DNA of 63,991 nt, filler included, from Barthelona sp. PAP020 (taxonomy: Eukaryota): assembly GCA_040182905.1 (NCBI GenBank). It is 14 parts of 14 records of this genome, joined end to end, with 100 filler letters (N's around TTAATTAATTAA, not from the genome) between each part and the next. Parts side by side here need not be neighbours in the genome. Positions count along the whole stretch, not along the records: positions 1 to 4,729 come from JARQWU010000653.1; positions 4,830 to 9,494 come from JARQWU010000654.1; positions 9,595 to 14,257 come from JARQWU010000655.1; 11 more parts are not named here. One strand, given 5' to 3'. Made by a program: the position numbers and the translations under genes. The notes beneath the pieces are model-generated. The model searched no databases. It saw nothing but the letters and a program-made list of their open reading frames with translations, and had not been told where the DNA came from. Numbering within the stretch: the stretch's first letter is position 1; each line of letters starts with the position of its first letter. Positions 1 to 9,776 of the stretch are shown one piece after another.

Positions 1-1
1 C

Positions 2-171
2 TCATTCCTATTTTTTTGTATTTTTGCAAAAGCAAAATTTTAAAGTTTAAACTTTACCTCAGAAAATCTAAAGTTTTTCAACAGATCAATCAGGCCTCGA
101 AAGCCTTTAACCAAATAAACCAATTCTTTTTCATTCACTCATACGCATAGTGCTTCTTGGCTTAGAAATAA
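2..171 (+). repeat. Dispersed non-coding repeat, family A copy 1
   Basis: 2-119 is near-identical to 28138-28254. The tail TTCACTCATACGCAyAGTrCTTCTTG..GAAATAA is shared with 4946-4984. Confidence 0.85.
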
Positions 172-695
172 TTTTCTTATCATTGGATGAGGAACAAAAA
201 AATTACAAATGATGTTTTTATTTATTTCGATTGAAAGATGTTACGCACAACCACTTTAGAGACTATAATTGAAGAAATGAAAAAGAAATCTTTGCATAAA
301 TATGTTAAGACCATCACTACATCAACAAATCTGCAAAATGAATTGAAACAATGTCTTTCAACGAAAATATTCGGACAACATTAAGATGAACAATGACAAT
401 CACGTAAAACTTTCGGAATGTTTAAATCAATATCAAAAATTAGATCATAATTGCAAAAGAATGAAAAATTGGTTGTCAAAAAAATTTGCCGGCAAAAAAT
501 ACCAATTTTTTTCAAACCCACAAACTCACCACTTCACCACAAAACTATCAACTTGTTAACAAAAAGAGAAATTCGCTGAAAAAAATAAAAAATAAAAATT
601 TTTAAGATTTCTTTTCATTTACAAATCTATCAATACTTCAAACTGTCTGTGGTCTTAAATCTATCAAAACAAAATAAAAAGTTTCAAAAGGAAAC

Positions 696-1406
696 TCAAA
701 AACCAACAAACCATCCCAATGACAAAGCAACAACTGCAATTCCAATATTATCAAATTCTCCATGGATAAGAGATTCAACAATGGCACAAACAAAAGCAAT
801 GACTTCGATTTTATAAAAGATTTGCACACTATAAACAGTGTTTAACGTGAACCCTGATTTAATCAAAAATATTGATAACAAGTTTGCAAATAAAGAGGCA
901 AAAATAAAAAATGCAAATGTTCCTCCAATTGTCTTTTTGTCTGAAAAAGGAAACTTTTTTTCACATCTTTTTCCAATTATTTCAGCAAAACCATCCCCTC
1001 CACATAATACAGATGACGCCACTGCCCCAAACAATTTATTACAACTAATAAATAACAATGATGTGTGAAAAATACCATATATAAATGGTCCTTTAATTAA
1101 TTCATCGACTCTACCTTGTCTTGACATAATATTTACAAAAATTTGGAACTTAAAAATATTTAAATAAAGAAATAATAATAACAATACCGAAAAACCAGGA
1201 ATCATACTCCAAAAGAATTTTGAAAGAAAACTATAATCTGGCATTAAAGCCCAACATACACAATACAAAGTACCTGATAATATATGAGTGCATTTTCTTG
1301 CAATATTTCCATCTATTATATCAAAAATTTTTAAAATAACGATCGTCACAATTAAACTCAAAAAAATTCCAATAAACAATAACAAATTCAAATAACTGTA
1401 TGTCAT
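696..1406 (-). CDS. Phytol/farnesol/dolichol kinase-like membrane protein (CTP-dependent)
   Basis: Motifs ARKCTHILSG, GDGFAEIIG, KKTIGGTFAFF and DNI; multiple TM segments. First ATG at 1406. Confidence 0.8.
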   Translation of the reverse strand: MTYSYLNLLLFIGIFLSLIVTIVILKIFDIIDGNIARKCTHILSGTLYCVCWALMPDYSFLSKFFWSMIPGFSVLLLLFLYLNIFKFQIFVNIMSRQGRVDELIKGPFIYGIFHTSLLFISCNKLFGAVASSVLCGGDGFAEIIGKRCEKKFPFSDKKTIGGTFAFFIFASLFANLLSIFLIKSGFTLNTVYSVQIFYKIEVIAFVCAIVESLIHGEFDNIGIAVVALSLGWFVGF

Positions 1407-1510
1407 AAGAACAAACAATACAAAATTGTCAGCTTCTCAATCTTAAAAATATTTGTCAAAAATAAAACAAATTATTGATATTATTTACACAAATTTAATC
1501 AATGAATTGA

Positions 1511-3079
1511 TCAATCAGTTTCATTGGTTTCTTCAGGTTGAACCTCACGGTTAATTTCAGGTTCAACATCTTGATTTGCGTCAACAGAACCCTGCTGATA
1601 TTGTTCCATCATTTGAGCAAAAAAAGGCATTGCATTTCTCATGACATTTCCAAAATTTTGAAAGGGATTTTGTTCAACATTTGGATGTCCATGAAAGGCA
1701 TTGGGGCGAGAACGATGTCTGAAACCTCCTTGACGACCAAAAGGATGATGAGATTTCTTTTCAATCTTTTCAACATTTTCCTCATGCATCTTGTCCTCAT
1801 TTTGCATAGCACAACAACAAGGGCCTGTGCCATTTCTTGGTCCACAACGAGCACCAATGGGGTTTTTTGGAGATTCACATTCACAAAATTCAGGATGTTT
1901 CATTTTCTGATGGCAAAATTTGGGGCAAGGACCATTTTCACGCATGCGTCTAAAATGTCTTCTTCTACGCTTTTCTTCCATACATGGGGAATGATCACAA
2001 TCACATTTCCACATACGAGGATGCATATGGCGACAACAAGGTCTGTCAAATTCATGCATATGAGGATGCATGTGATGCATACAAGGTCTTTCAAAATCGT
2101 ACATATAAGGATGCATTTGAGGATACATGCAAGGACAACAAGGTCTCTCAAATTCATGCATATGAGGATGCATGTGATGCATACAAGGTCTTTCAAAATC
2201 ACAAATTTGAGGTTGAGGATAGAAATCACGTGGAGGTGGATGATGATGGAAATGATGGAAAGGATGAGGATAATGAGGGTTATGGAAAGGATGAGGACGA
2301 TGAGGTGATCGATGATATGGGGACATATTCATATAAGGCATCATACAAGGCCAAAAACCGAAATGTTTTTGACCTCTTTTGCAAGGATGCATTCCTTTTC
2401 TGCCAAAACGACGTCCACATCTACGGTGACATCTTGGACCTCTTTCGTGACATTCATCACCAGCCATTGAACCAAACATTCCAAATAAAGGACCAAAGTA
2501 CTGCTGTAACTTTCCAAACTTTGACCCATATTTTCCAATAATGAAAGAAGTGAGATCAATGACAACATTTCTTAATTCATCACTAAACTCTTTGCCAATT
2601 CTTTCATAATAGTTTTCCAGGAAAACAATCACATAAGATCCAAGACCTTCAATAAAAGGACAAGGTTTTTCTTCATCATTGCCAGTATTTTCATCTTCTG
2701 GATCAACTTCAAGTGATTCTATAACAAAAGGAGAATTAATAATCCATTCAATCATTCGACCAATTAAAGGATGTTCCTGAAGATCATCAATAAGCACACT
2801 AAGCATGGCAATTTTAAAATCATCAAGTTCATATCCAAGATTAGTCAGAGTTTCAAAAATAATTTGATATGGATCAACATTGTCTTCAATTGGAGAAGAA
2901 GCTTGGGGTTCTTCCTCTTCTTCTTCTTCAAATTCAGGTTCTATCTCAATATCAACTGTTTCATTAATATCTTTTTCAATGTCTTCTATTAATTTCTGAA
3001 TTTCTTCACGACGTTCATCTGACATTTCAACATTATGAGTTTGATAAAGACTTTGAAGTCTATTGAACATTTGATTCAT
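1511..3079 (-). CDS. Hypothetical protein with acidic N-terminus and His/Cys/Met/Pro-rich repeats
   Basis: Open ~520-aa frame with repeats of DFERPCMHHMHPHMHEF(E/D)RPCC. Start uncertain (3079 or 3106). Confidence 0.7.
   Translation of the reverse strand: MNQMFNRLQSLYQTHNVEMSDERREEIQKLIEDIEKDINETVDIEIEPEFEEEEEEEPQASSPIEDNVDPYQIIFETLTNLGYELDDFKIAMLSVLIDDLQEHPLIGRMIEWIINSPFVIESLEVDPEDENTGNDEEKPCPFIEGLGSYVIVFLENYYERIGKEFSDELRNVVIDLTSFIIGKYGSKFGKLQQYFGPLFGMFGSMAGDECHERGPRCHRRCGRRFGRKGMHPCKRGQKHFGFWPCMMPYMNMSPYHRSPHRPHPFHNPHYPHPFHHFHHHPPPRDFYPQPQICDFERPCMHHMHPHMHEFERPCCPCMYPQMHPYMYDFERPCMHHMHPHMHEFDRPCCRHMHPRMWKCDCDHSPCMEEKRRRRHFRRMRENGPCPKFCHQKMKHPEFCECESPKNPIGARCGPRNGTGPCCCAMQNEDKMHEENVEKIEKKSHHPFGRQGGFRHRSRPNAFHGHPNVEQNPFQNFGNVMRNAMPFFAQMMEQYQQGSVDANQDVEPEINREVQPEETNETD
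2032..2200. repeat. Intragenic duplication with 102-bp period
   Basis: 2032-2098 is nearly identical to 2134-2200. Confidence 0.85.
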
Positions 3080-3771
3080 GTAATTAAAAAAAATGTAAAA
3101 TGACAATTGTAAAAAGCTGAGGTCATTTGCTGGTGTTTTTCTAGAAAAGGGGATTTTCCCCTTTAAAATTCAAGGAAATGTCTTGGTGCACCCATCAATC
3201 AATCAACATTTTTTTTTCCCAGCTCCCCTCAATTCCCATTTTCCCCTCAATCCCAAAATTGATGAAAAAAACAACAGGAAAACCACAAATGTCATTTATA
3301 TTTAAAGAATGGAAAGAATTCATAGATTTTAATAAATTCTTATGGGAAACAAGAAATCTTTTTGAACACCAAAACAATAATATTCAATATTAATTTGAAA
3401 GTCTTTCAAATATTTTTACCACAGTTGAATACTTGATGTGTGGAATCAATCAACTTATAAACGAACGAAAAGTCTGCTTTTGGTGTCAAATCTTTCTTTT
3501 TTTTTGATGCAATTTACCATAAATAAAAAAATAAATTCAATTATCAATATGTTATGAAGAAAATATACACTTTAAGTGATTTTCACTTGTTTAGAAATCA
3601 AAAAAATTAAAACTAAATAATGGCAAGCAAAATATATTGATTTCCTTTAGTTAATATAATTTAAGATATTGTTTGCACTTATCTCGTTGAAAATACAATT
3701 AATGAACGCAATAACAAAGAAAAATAATTTTATTATAAAGGAAAATCAAACCTTAAAAACAAATTTTTCCA

Positions 3772-4729
3772 ATGGCCGAACCAAATAGAATTGGAGAATG
3801 GTTACGAACTGCTAATTTAGATCAATATGCAGATGAATTTTATTCTCAAAATGTAACAGAGGATGATTTTCTTAAATTGAGAATGCAACAATATTCAAAG
3901 TATGGAATTGTTGTTTTGGGTGAACGGAAACGTTTATTTCAATTAATTCAAGTATTTTTTATCTTTCAAAAAATTATTCTAATTATTAGAGTTTACGAAA
4001 AGAAGTTACTGCAGAACCAAATGTTGAGCCTATTATCACAGCACCACCAAAGACAGTTGATCGATTTGATTATAATAATAGCAATAAAAAAACTGAAAAC
4101 AATTGGTTGTATGAACCCGAATCAAAAAATGCCACTTTTGAAGAAGAATCTGATGCATACGATACTGTTGATGAAGAAGAGGAAGAATATGATGATGCAG
4201 ATTTGGAAATTCCTGCTCAACTTCAACAGACATTATCGATTTTGCCACGTCCCCATAAAGAAAGAATTCGTGTTGTTGTACGTAAGCGTCCCCTTTCAAC
4301 GAAGGAAATGAATGAAGGACAAAAAGATATTGCAAATATGGAAAATGAACAAACTTGTGCTATTTATGAACCAAAAGTGAAAGTTGATTTATCAAAGTAT
4401 ATTGAACGCCATCGATTTGTCTTTGATGAAGTTTTTGATGAAAATGGCGATAATCAACGCATTTATGAAAGCACAGCAAGACCACTCGTTGCTAATGTAT
4501 TTATGGGTGGAAGAGCCACATGTTTTGCATATGGTCAAACTGGAGCAGGTAAAACATACACTATGATGGGTGGAGGATCATCACCAGGTCTTTATGTTCT
4601 TGCTGCCAGAGATATTTTCCAACTTATTTCTTTTCCTCAATATGAGCACCTTGCTGTAAATGTTTCATTCTTTGAAATCTATGGAGGAAAGTTGTACGAT
4701 CTTTTGAATGATCGCAAAAAGTTAACTGC
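3772..4729 (+). CDS. Kinesin-13 with N-terminal SAM domain (3' truncated; intron 3952-3989)
   Basis: SAM-like EWLRTANLDQY...LGERKRLFQLI splices in frame to the motor domain: RIRVVVRKRPL, KVDL (kinesin-13 KVD finger), ATCFAYGQTGAGKTYTM, SFFEIYGGKLYDLLN. Confidence 0.92.
3952..3989 (+). other. Spliceosomal intron, 38 nt
   Basis: GTATTT...TCTAATTATTAG; removal joins the SAM and motor ORFs in frame. Confidence 0.88.
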
Positions 4730-4829
4730 NNNNNNNNNNNNNNNNNNNNNNNNNNNNNNNNNNNNNNNNNNNNTTAATTAATTAANNNNNNNNNNNNNNN
4801 NNNNNNNNNNNNNNNNNNNNNNNNNNNNN
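4730..4829. other. Artificial contig linker (N44-TTAATTAATTAA-N44); first of 13
   Basis: Identical 100-nt spacers with stops in all six frames at 4730, 9495, 14258, 19012, 23761, 28505, 33246, 37984, 42676, 47365, 51948, 56530 and 61099. Genes are truncated at these points. Confidence 0.98.
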
Positions 4830-4830
4830 T

Positions 4831-4984
4831 AAAGGTGGTCAAGAAACAACAAATAAAGGAAGTGATATTTGATGACCTCTTTATATCTCCAATAAATTCC
4901 GTTCATTGAGCATGAACTTCCACATTATAAGCACTATTCTATTTTATTCACTCATACGCACAGTACTTCTTGTCTTGGAAATAA
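4831..4984 (+). repeat. Dispersed non-coding repeat, family B copy plus shared tail
   Basis: 4831-4926 matches 37398-37493; 4946-4984 matches the tail at 133-171. Confidence 0.85.
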
Positions 4985-5167
4985 ATATATAGTACTTCTT
5001 AACTTGAAATAATTAAAAATTGAATTATATTAAATAATTATGTTTGTTTGTAGTAATTTATTCGAATGGTTAAAGTTTAAAAAAAAGATCAAAAAATTTT
5101 ATAAACATAAAACGCACAAACTATGATCAATAAAAAAATAACAAAAAAAAAATATATATTCTTCAAA

Positions 5168-6160
5168 TTACAAAATAGCTAAATTATGAAAATTTGTTAA
5201 ACCTGCATTTTTAATTGTTTGAGACCGTTGAAAATGTCTTAATTTAAACAATATAAAAACCATGGAATAAATTACCAGTAATATTAAATCAAAAATGGCA
5301 AAACCAGAATTCATAAATCCATAATTTACTGCTAAAGCGAAAGCAGTGAGAAAAAAAGACGCTAAAGTTACACCAGCCCAAATCTTTGGTTTTTGAACTG
5401 TTTTAAGATGAAAATTGAAACTTTTTCCCAATATATTGGTCATCGTTTGAGAAATTACCCCATGAATGCTTCCATATATACATTGTCTCATAGAATGATA
5501 GCCGAAGATAAAAGTGGTGAATAATGAAGGAATACATGACACAACTAAAATGTAATACGTAATTGTGGTTAACCTTTCAACAAAATGACTATTTTTGGTC
5601 ATTGGGAAGAAAAAATGAGTTTTTAGATTATACTTTCCCATTTGACGAGTCTTTAACCAAGGAAAAAATAATAAGACAAAAATTTGAAAATGATAATGTC
5701 CAGATACCGAATTAGGATGTTTATTACACGTTAAATCACCAATATAAATTTTTAAAAAAGTGTTAACATATAAAGCTAATTGATATACCAAACATCCTAA
5801 AGCCATATCAAAAACAATGGTTAAATTGATTGAAAAAACAGAATATCTCTCATCTTTAGTATAAAAAAAACCATATAATACTAAATAAATAAATAAATTT
5901 GCATAAATAATTAAAACAGTGTATTGATAAAAATTGAATCCACTTTTGTTGACAGGATTAACATGACAAACATCTAATGGAAATATTGAAGGTAATAAAG
6001 TTCCAATAATTAAACATAATAATAAAAATAAAACGATAAAGACTAAAAAATAAAAATATGAAAAGGAAAAACATTCCATTGACCCAAACAATTGTTCAAC
6101 AATCTTATTAAAAGATGATTTTGTCTTTGTTTGATTGGTTTGAAGTTGCTTTTCATTCAT
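5168..6160 (-). CDS. PAP2-superfamily-like membrane protein
   Basis: PNSVSGH and GYHSMRQCIYG resemble PAP2/dolichyl-pyrophosphatase C2 and C3 motifs; multiple TM segments. Confidence 0.6.
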   Translation of the reverse strand: MNEKQLQTNQTKTKSSFNKIVEQLFGSMECFSFSYFYFLVFIVLFLLLCLIIGTLLPSIFPLDVCHVNPVNKSGFNFYQYTVLIIYANLFIYLVLYGFFYTKDERYSVFSINLTIVFDMALGCLVYQLALYVNTFLKIYIGDLTCNKHPNSVSGHYHFQIFVLLFFPWLKTRQMGKYNLKTHFFFPMTKNSHFVERLTTITYYILVVSCIPSLFTTFIFGYHSMRQCIYGSIHGVISQTMTNILGKSFNFHLKTVQKPKIWAGVTLASFFLTAFALAVNYGFMNSGFAIFDLILLVIYSMVFILFKLRHFQRSQTIKNAGLTNFHNLAIL

Positions 6161-6346
6161 TTAAAAAAAAAAAAAAATTCATTTCATCAGGGTCATTTTT
6201 ATCCCCAGAAAAAAATTATTGTACGAAATTTAAATATTCTTTTGAAGAATTATTTAAAAAAAAATATAAAATTATTGTATCATAAAGTGTCTTTTATAAT
6301 AAAATAAAAAAAATTTTTTTGGGTTTCTTTACAGTTCAAGGATTTG

Positions 6347-7615
6347 TTACTCAATGCATAAATCTTTCCATTTGTCATAAATCCATAAACATCTGTCAAC
6401 AGCTCTGTTCAAATCATCAATTTCCATTCCATCTCTTTCAAGAAGATGTATGTAAGCACCTTGTTCCAACATTTCAGTTGTGTCTGAAATTGCATTTTCT
6501 AAAGGAACTAACCAGCTTGATGAATGGAATACACCAACTAATCCAGTGTTTAACTTCCATTGAGGGGCAATTCCTTGATTTAAATATTGGACATTCCCAG
6601 CTACTGAAGGCAGCATTTTTGAGTTTAACCAATTATTTAAGGCTGGACCTCCACAATTAAATGCTCTAATCCAATAACTAAACAAAGGATCTTCACCTTT
6701 TATGAGACTCATGGGTATTGTTCTTCTGAACATTTCTATGGCATCAGGTACTCCAAGCTCATGATCATAATATTCACAATAGCCCTGACGAAGGACAGAA
6801 CAACCAGTTTGAGCGAATTGAAGACAATCTGTGCCTGCTGAAAAACTAAACAAGTCACTTGGTATTTGCGCCTCTTTAGTCGGTACAATCAATGATTGAA
6901 GGGTTCTTCCAATCATATCATTCATTTCAACAAGATCAGAATTGCTGTTTAAACATAGATGTGGGTTAAAAATATGAGCTTTAGAAGTGATCTGTAATAA
7001 TTTATCATTGAAGAAAAGTAACGATAAATCTGAATATTCAGATAACATAGCTATTGAAAGACAAATTCCTGTTGATTGCAGTGAGGTTTCGTTAAACACT
7101 TCCCAAAAAGGCCAAATAGATACAGTTACTATGCGTAAATTGTTGAATTCTTGCCGGATTTCTTCTAATAATCTGGAGGTAAAACCACCACCAGTACCTC
7201 CAACCAAAGAATGCAATACAAAAACAGTGTTACAAAAAGTAGCTTTAATTAAATGTTTTCTCATGGCTTCAATTGTTCTCTTGGATAGAGTTGTATTTTC
7301 AGCACTAAATGTGTTTATTCCAGATTCATTTCTCCCTTGAATATTGTTATAATATCCTATAGACCATGAATTAGATGCCCCAGATTGTTCATAAAGAATA
7401 TTTCCTTCATCAATTTTTTTATCATATAAAGAATTTATAACTTTAGGTTCTTTATCAACCAATATAACATTGGGCGAACCATTTGTAAACCATATATTTT
7501 TCCCAAATTTTGAATCTTTTGGACATTCCTTGGAATTAAAATATTCTTCCAACATTTTAAAAAATCTATAACCAACTTGATTTCCACATTGACCTATTTG
7601 TATAACTAATGACAT
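6347..7615 (-). CDS. Divergent tubulin of the delta/zeta group
   Basis: IQIGQCGNQVG, VDKEPKVI, HSLVGGTGGG, SRLLEEIRQEF, GAYIH. Confidence 0.85.
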   Translation of the reverse strand: MSLVIQIGQCGNQVGYRFFKMLEEYFNSKECPKDSKFGKNIWFTNGSPNVILVDKEPKVINSLYDKKIDEGNILYEQSGASNSWSIGYYNNIQGRNESGINTFSAENTTLSKRTIEAMRKHLIKATFCNTVFVLHSLVGGTGGGFTSRLLEEIRQEFNNLRIVTVSIWPFWEVFNETSLQSTGICLSIAMLSEYSDLSLLFFNDKLLQITSKAHIFNPHLCLNSNSDLVEMNDMIGRTLQSLIVPTKEAQIPSDLFSFSAGTDCLQFAQTGCSVLRQGYCEYYDHELGVPDAIEMFRRTIPMSLIKGEDPLFSYWIRAFNCGGPALNNWLNSKMLPSVAGNVQYLNQGIAPQWKLNTGLVGVFHSSSWLVPLENAISDTTEMLEQGAYIHLLERDGMEIDDLNRAVDRCLWIYDKWKDLCIE

Positions 7616-7714
7616 GATCTTTTCATTTTTTCATCAGAACATTAGAATTGGGTAAAATATTAAAAATGGAAGGAAGGAAAGAAAAAAATTTTATGTTGAA
7701 TATTTTGTTTGTTT

Positions 7715-8362
7715 ATGGACCAGACAAAAAGTATTGATATATTAGATACATTTCAAATTGAATTTGATGTTATATCCAGTGCAGATGGATCTTCAAGAGT
7801 GATAATTGGTGATTCTCATGTCATTTCCACAGTACATGGACCGAAATATATATCCCAAAGTAAATCTGATCATAATGATTGTGTTATAACAATATTTATT
7901 CACGATTGTCAACAAAATAGAGATTTTTCAAGTTATTCTGAGATTTTGATTGGAATATTGAAACAGTTTTTATGTACTCATTTATATCCTTTCACAGAAT
8001 TAAAGATTTCTTGTGAAATTGTTTGTGGGGAAAAATGTATTTTAGCTGCTTTATTAAATTCAATCTATTTATCACTTTTACATTGTTCTTTCGATATGTT
8101 GAAGAGTTTTTTTGCAATCCCAATTCAGTTAGATACATGTGAAGAGGCATATTTTACGGCAATTTATTGTGTGGAAGGAAAAATAGTTTCGACACCGAAT
8201 GATTCTTTGGTTTTATTACAAGGTGAAGGAACTTTTAAATTGGCTGATATAGAGAAGGCATCTTTGATAGGTGCACAATTGAGTAAATCTGTATTTGATT
8301 TTATCGTAGATTATGTCACAAAGTGGTTTGAAGAACGAACTCGTGTGTTTCTTGACAAGTAA
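7715..8362 (+). CDS. Exosome RNase PH-domain subunit (Rrp46-like)
   Basis: ADGSS..IGDSHVISTVHGP and LAALLNS motifs; ~215 aa. Confidence 0.7.
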   Translation: MDQTKSIDILDTFQIEFDVISSADGSSRVIIGDSHVISTVHGPKYISQSKSDHNDCVITIFIHDCQQNRDFSSYSEILIGILKQFLCTHLYPFTELKISCEIVCGEKCILAALLNSIYLSLLHCSFDMLKSFFAIPIQLDTCEEAYFTAIYCVEGKIVSTPNDSLVLLQGEGTFKLADIEKASLIGAQLSKSVFDFIVDYVTKWFEERTRVFLDK

Positions 8363-8641
8363 ACGGTATTAAATTAGTCTGATAAAAAAATTTTTTGATT
8401 TTTTTTTTGCCTGCATTTTGTTGATTTCTTTTTTGGATACTTGAAAAATGAGATTTTGCAGATATTAATTAATTTTGTTTTGTATGGAGGTTAATAAGGA
8501 GCATTTTTCCTTTCATTTAAAAAGGGAGAAAAAAGAAAGAAATTTGTCCACAATTCGAGTTGGGTGACCAATCTTTGATTTTGAACATGTTTTTAAAGAA
8601 AAAAAAACGAAACAACAAACACTTCACAATTTTTTACAAAT

Positions 8642-9494
8642 TTAAAAAGGAATAATAACACCATCAATATTTTTCACAGCATTAATAGCTGATTCAACAT
8701 CATTATCAAAAGTGTATTCATCAATTTCCTCTTCACTAAGACTTGTATAAGAATAATCAGCTCCGATAGTACCGCGATTATCAACAATAAATTCATCAGT
8801 AACAATACCACTTAATTTAACAAGAGCATAATTCAAACTTTCAACGAGTGAATCTGTACATCTTTGATTAGCAAGATTGGCAAGGTATTTGATCTTTTTC
8901 AATAAAAGATTAACTTCAGTAATCTGATAAAATTTAAGACGTCTAGAATACCAGTCAGATTCAAGAATAGATTCACGAGAGAACAATTCACGATATTCGC
9001 TGTCATGCAATTGATAACCACCAAACGATTCATCATCAGATACCATCATGTGAACAAGAATACGAAGAGGAGGAACAAGTAAATCAACAGTACCATCACG
9101 AATATAAGCTTGAGCGACCTTCAAATGGGCTTCACAAATGTTTTCGATTCCATCAACATAACTGGGAAGGCCTTGTTCTTCAGGACGTAAAAGGACATCA
9201 TTGAATACAATGTCAGGTGTATCAAAGAGACGACCAAGGAATTGCTTGAGGAAATGAGAGTTGATTCTCCAACCAAGACGAGAACCTTTGATATTACGAC
9301 CTTTATAAGGGAAATCATCAACACGTTCCATGAATCCATTGTCAATAAGATATTTGGCAGAACGCTCTTTGGGAAGAAGACGAGACCAAATTTCAGGAAC
9401 CAATAATGAAATGTCGTGAGACACTTCATAATTATCACCGATGTATCCAGCAGCAGATGAAAAAGCATCATAACCAGAAAGGGCACAGGACAGG
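8642..9494 (-). CDS. Pyrophosphate-dependent PEP carboxykinase, C-terminal part (5' truncated)
   Basis: Frame is open to the contig edge (...AAGYIGDNYEVSHDISLLVPEIWSR). SRLGWRI, GRLFDTP, LRPEEQ, DG..PPLRILVHMM and SDWY..RL match the Entamoeba/Propionibacterium PPi-PEPCK family as I recall it. Confidence 0.8.
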
Positions 9495-9594
9495 NNNNNN
9501 NNNNNNNNNNNNNNNNNNNNNNNNNNNNNNNNNNNNNNTTAATTAATTAANNNNNNNNNNNNNNNNNNNNNNNNNNNNNNNNNNNNNNNNNNNN

Positions 9595-9710
9595 TCCTCT
9601 TCAACAAATCCAAGATCTGATAATTCTTCCTCTTCTTCTTCTTCGGAATCAGAAGCACCAAATTGATCCAAAAGATCTTGATCTTCTTCAGCAAGATAAC
9701 GTGGTGGCAT
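9595..9710 (-). CDS. N-terminal fragment of an acidic hypothetical protein (3' truncated)
   Basis: ATG at 9710: MPPRYLAEEDQDLLDQFGASDSEEEEEELSDLGFVEE, open to the contig edge. Confidence 0.6.
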
Positions 9711-9776
9711 TAATCAAAAACCAAAATAAAAAAACAAATACTTTATTTATTTATTCACTCTTATGTATTACGATAT

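Noticed and set aside
1538..2541. Long antisense and alternative-frame ORFs over the His-rich gene, and similar ones over RRP5 and the ankyrin genes
   Set aside because: Shadows of repetitive or biased coding sequence, with no independent motifs.
4774..4785. TTAATTAATTAA recurring every ~4.7 kb
   Set aside because: Artificial six-frame-stop linker inside N runs. Gene neighbourhoods across linkers are also meaningless.
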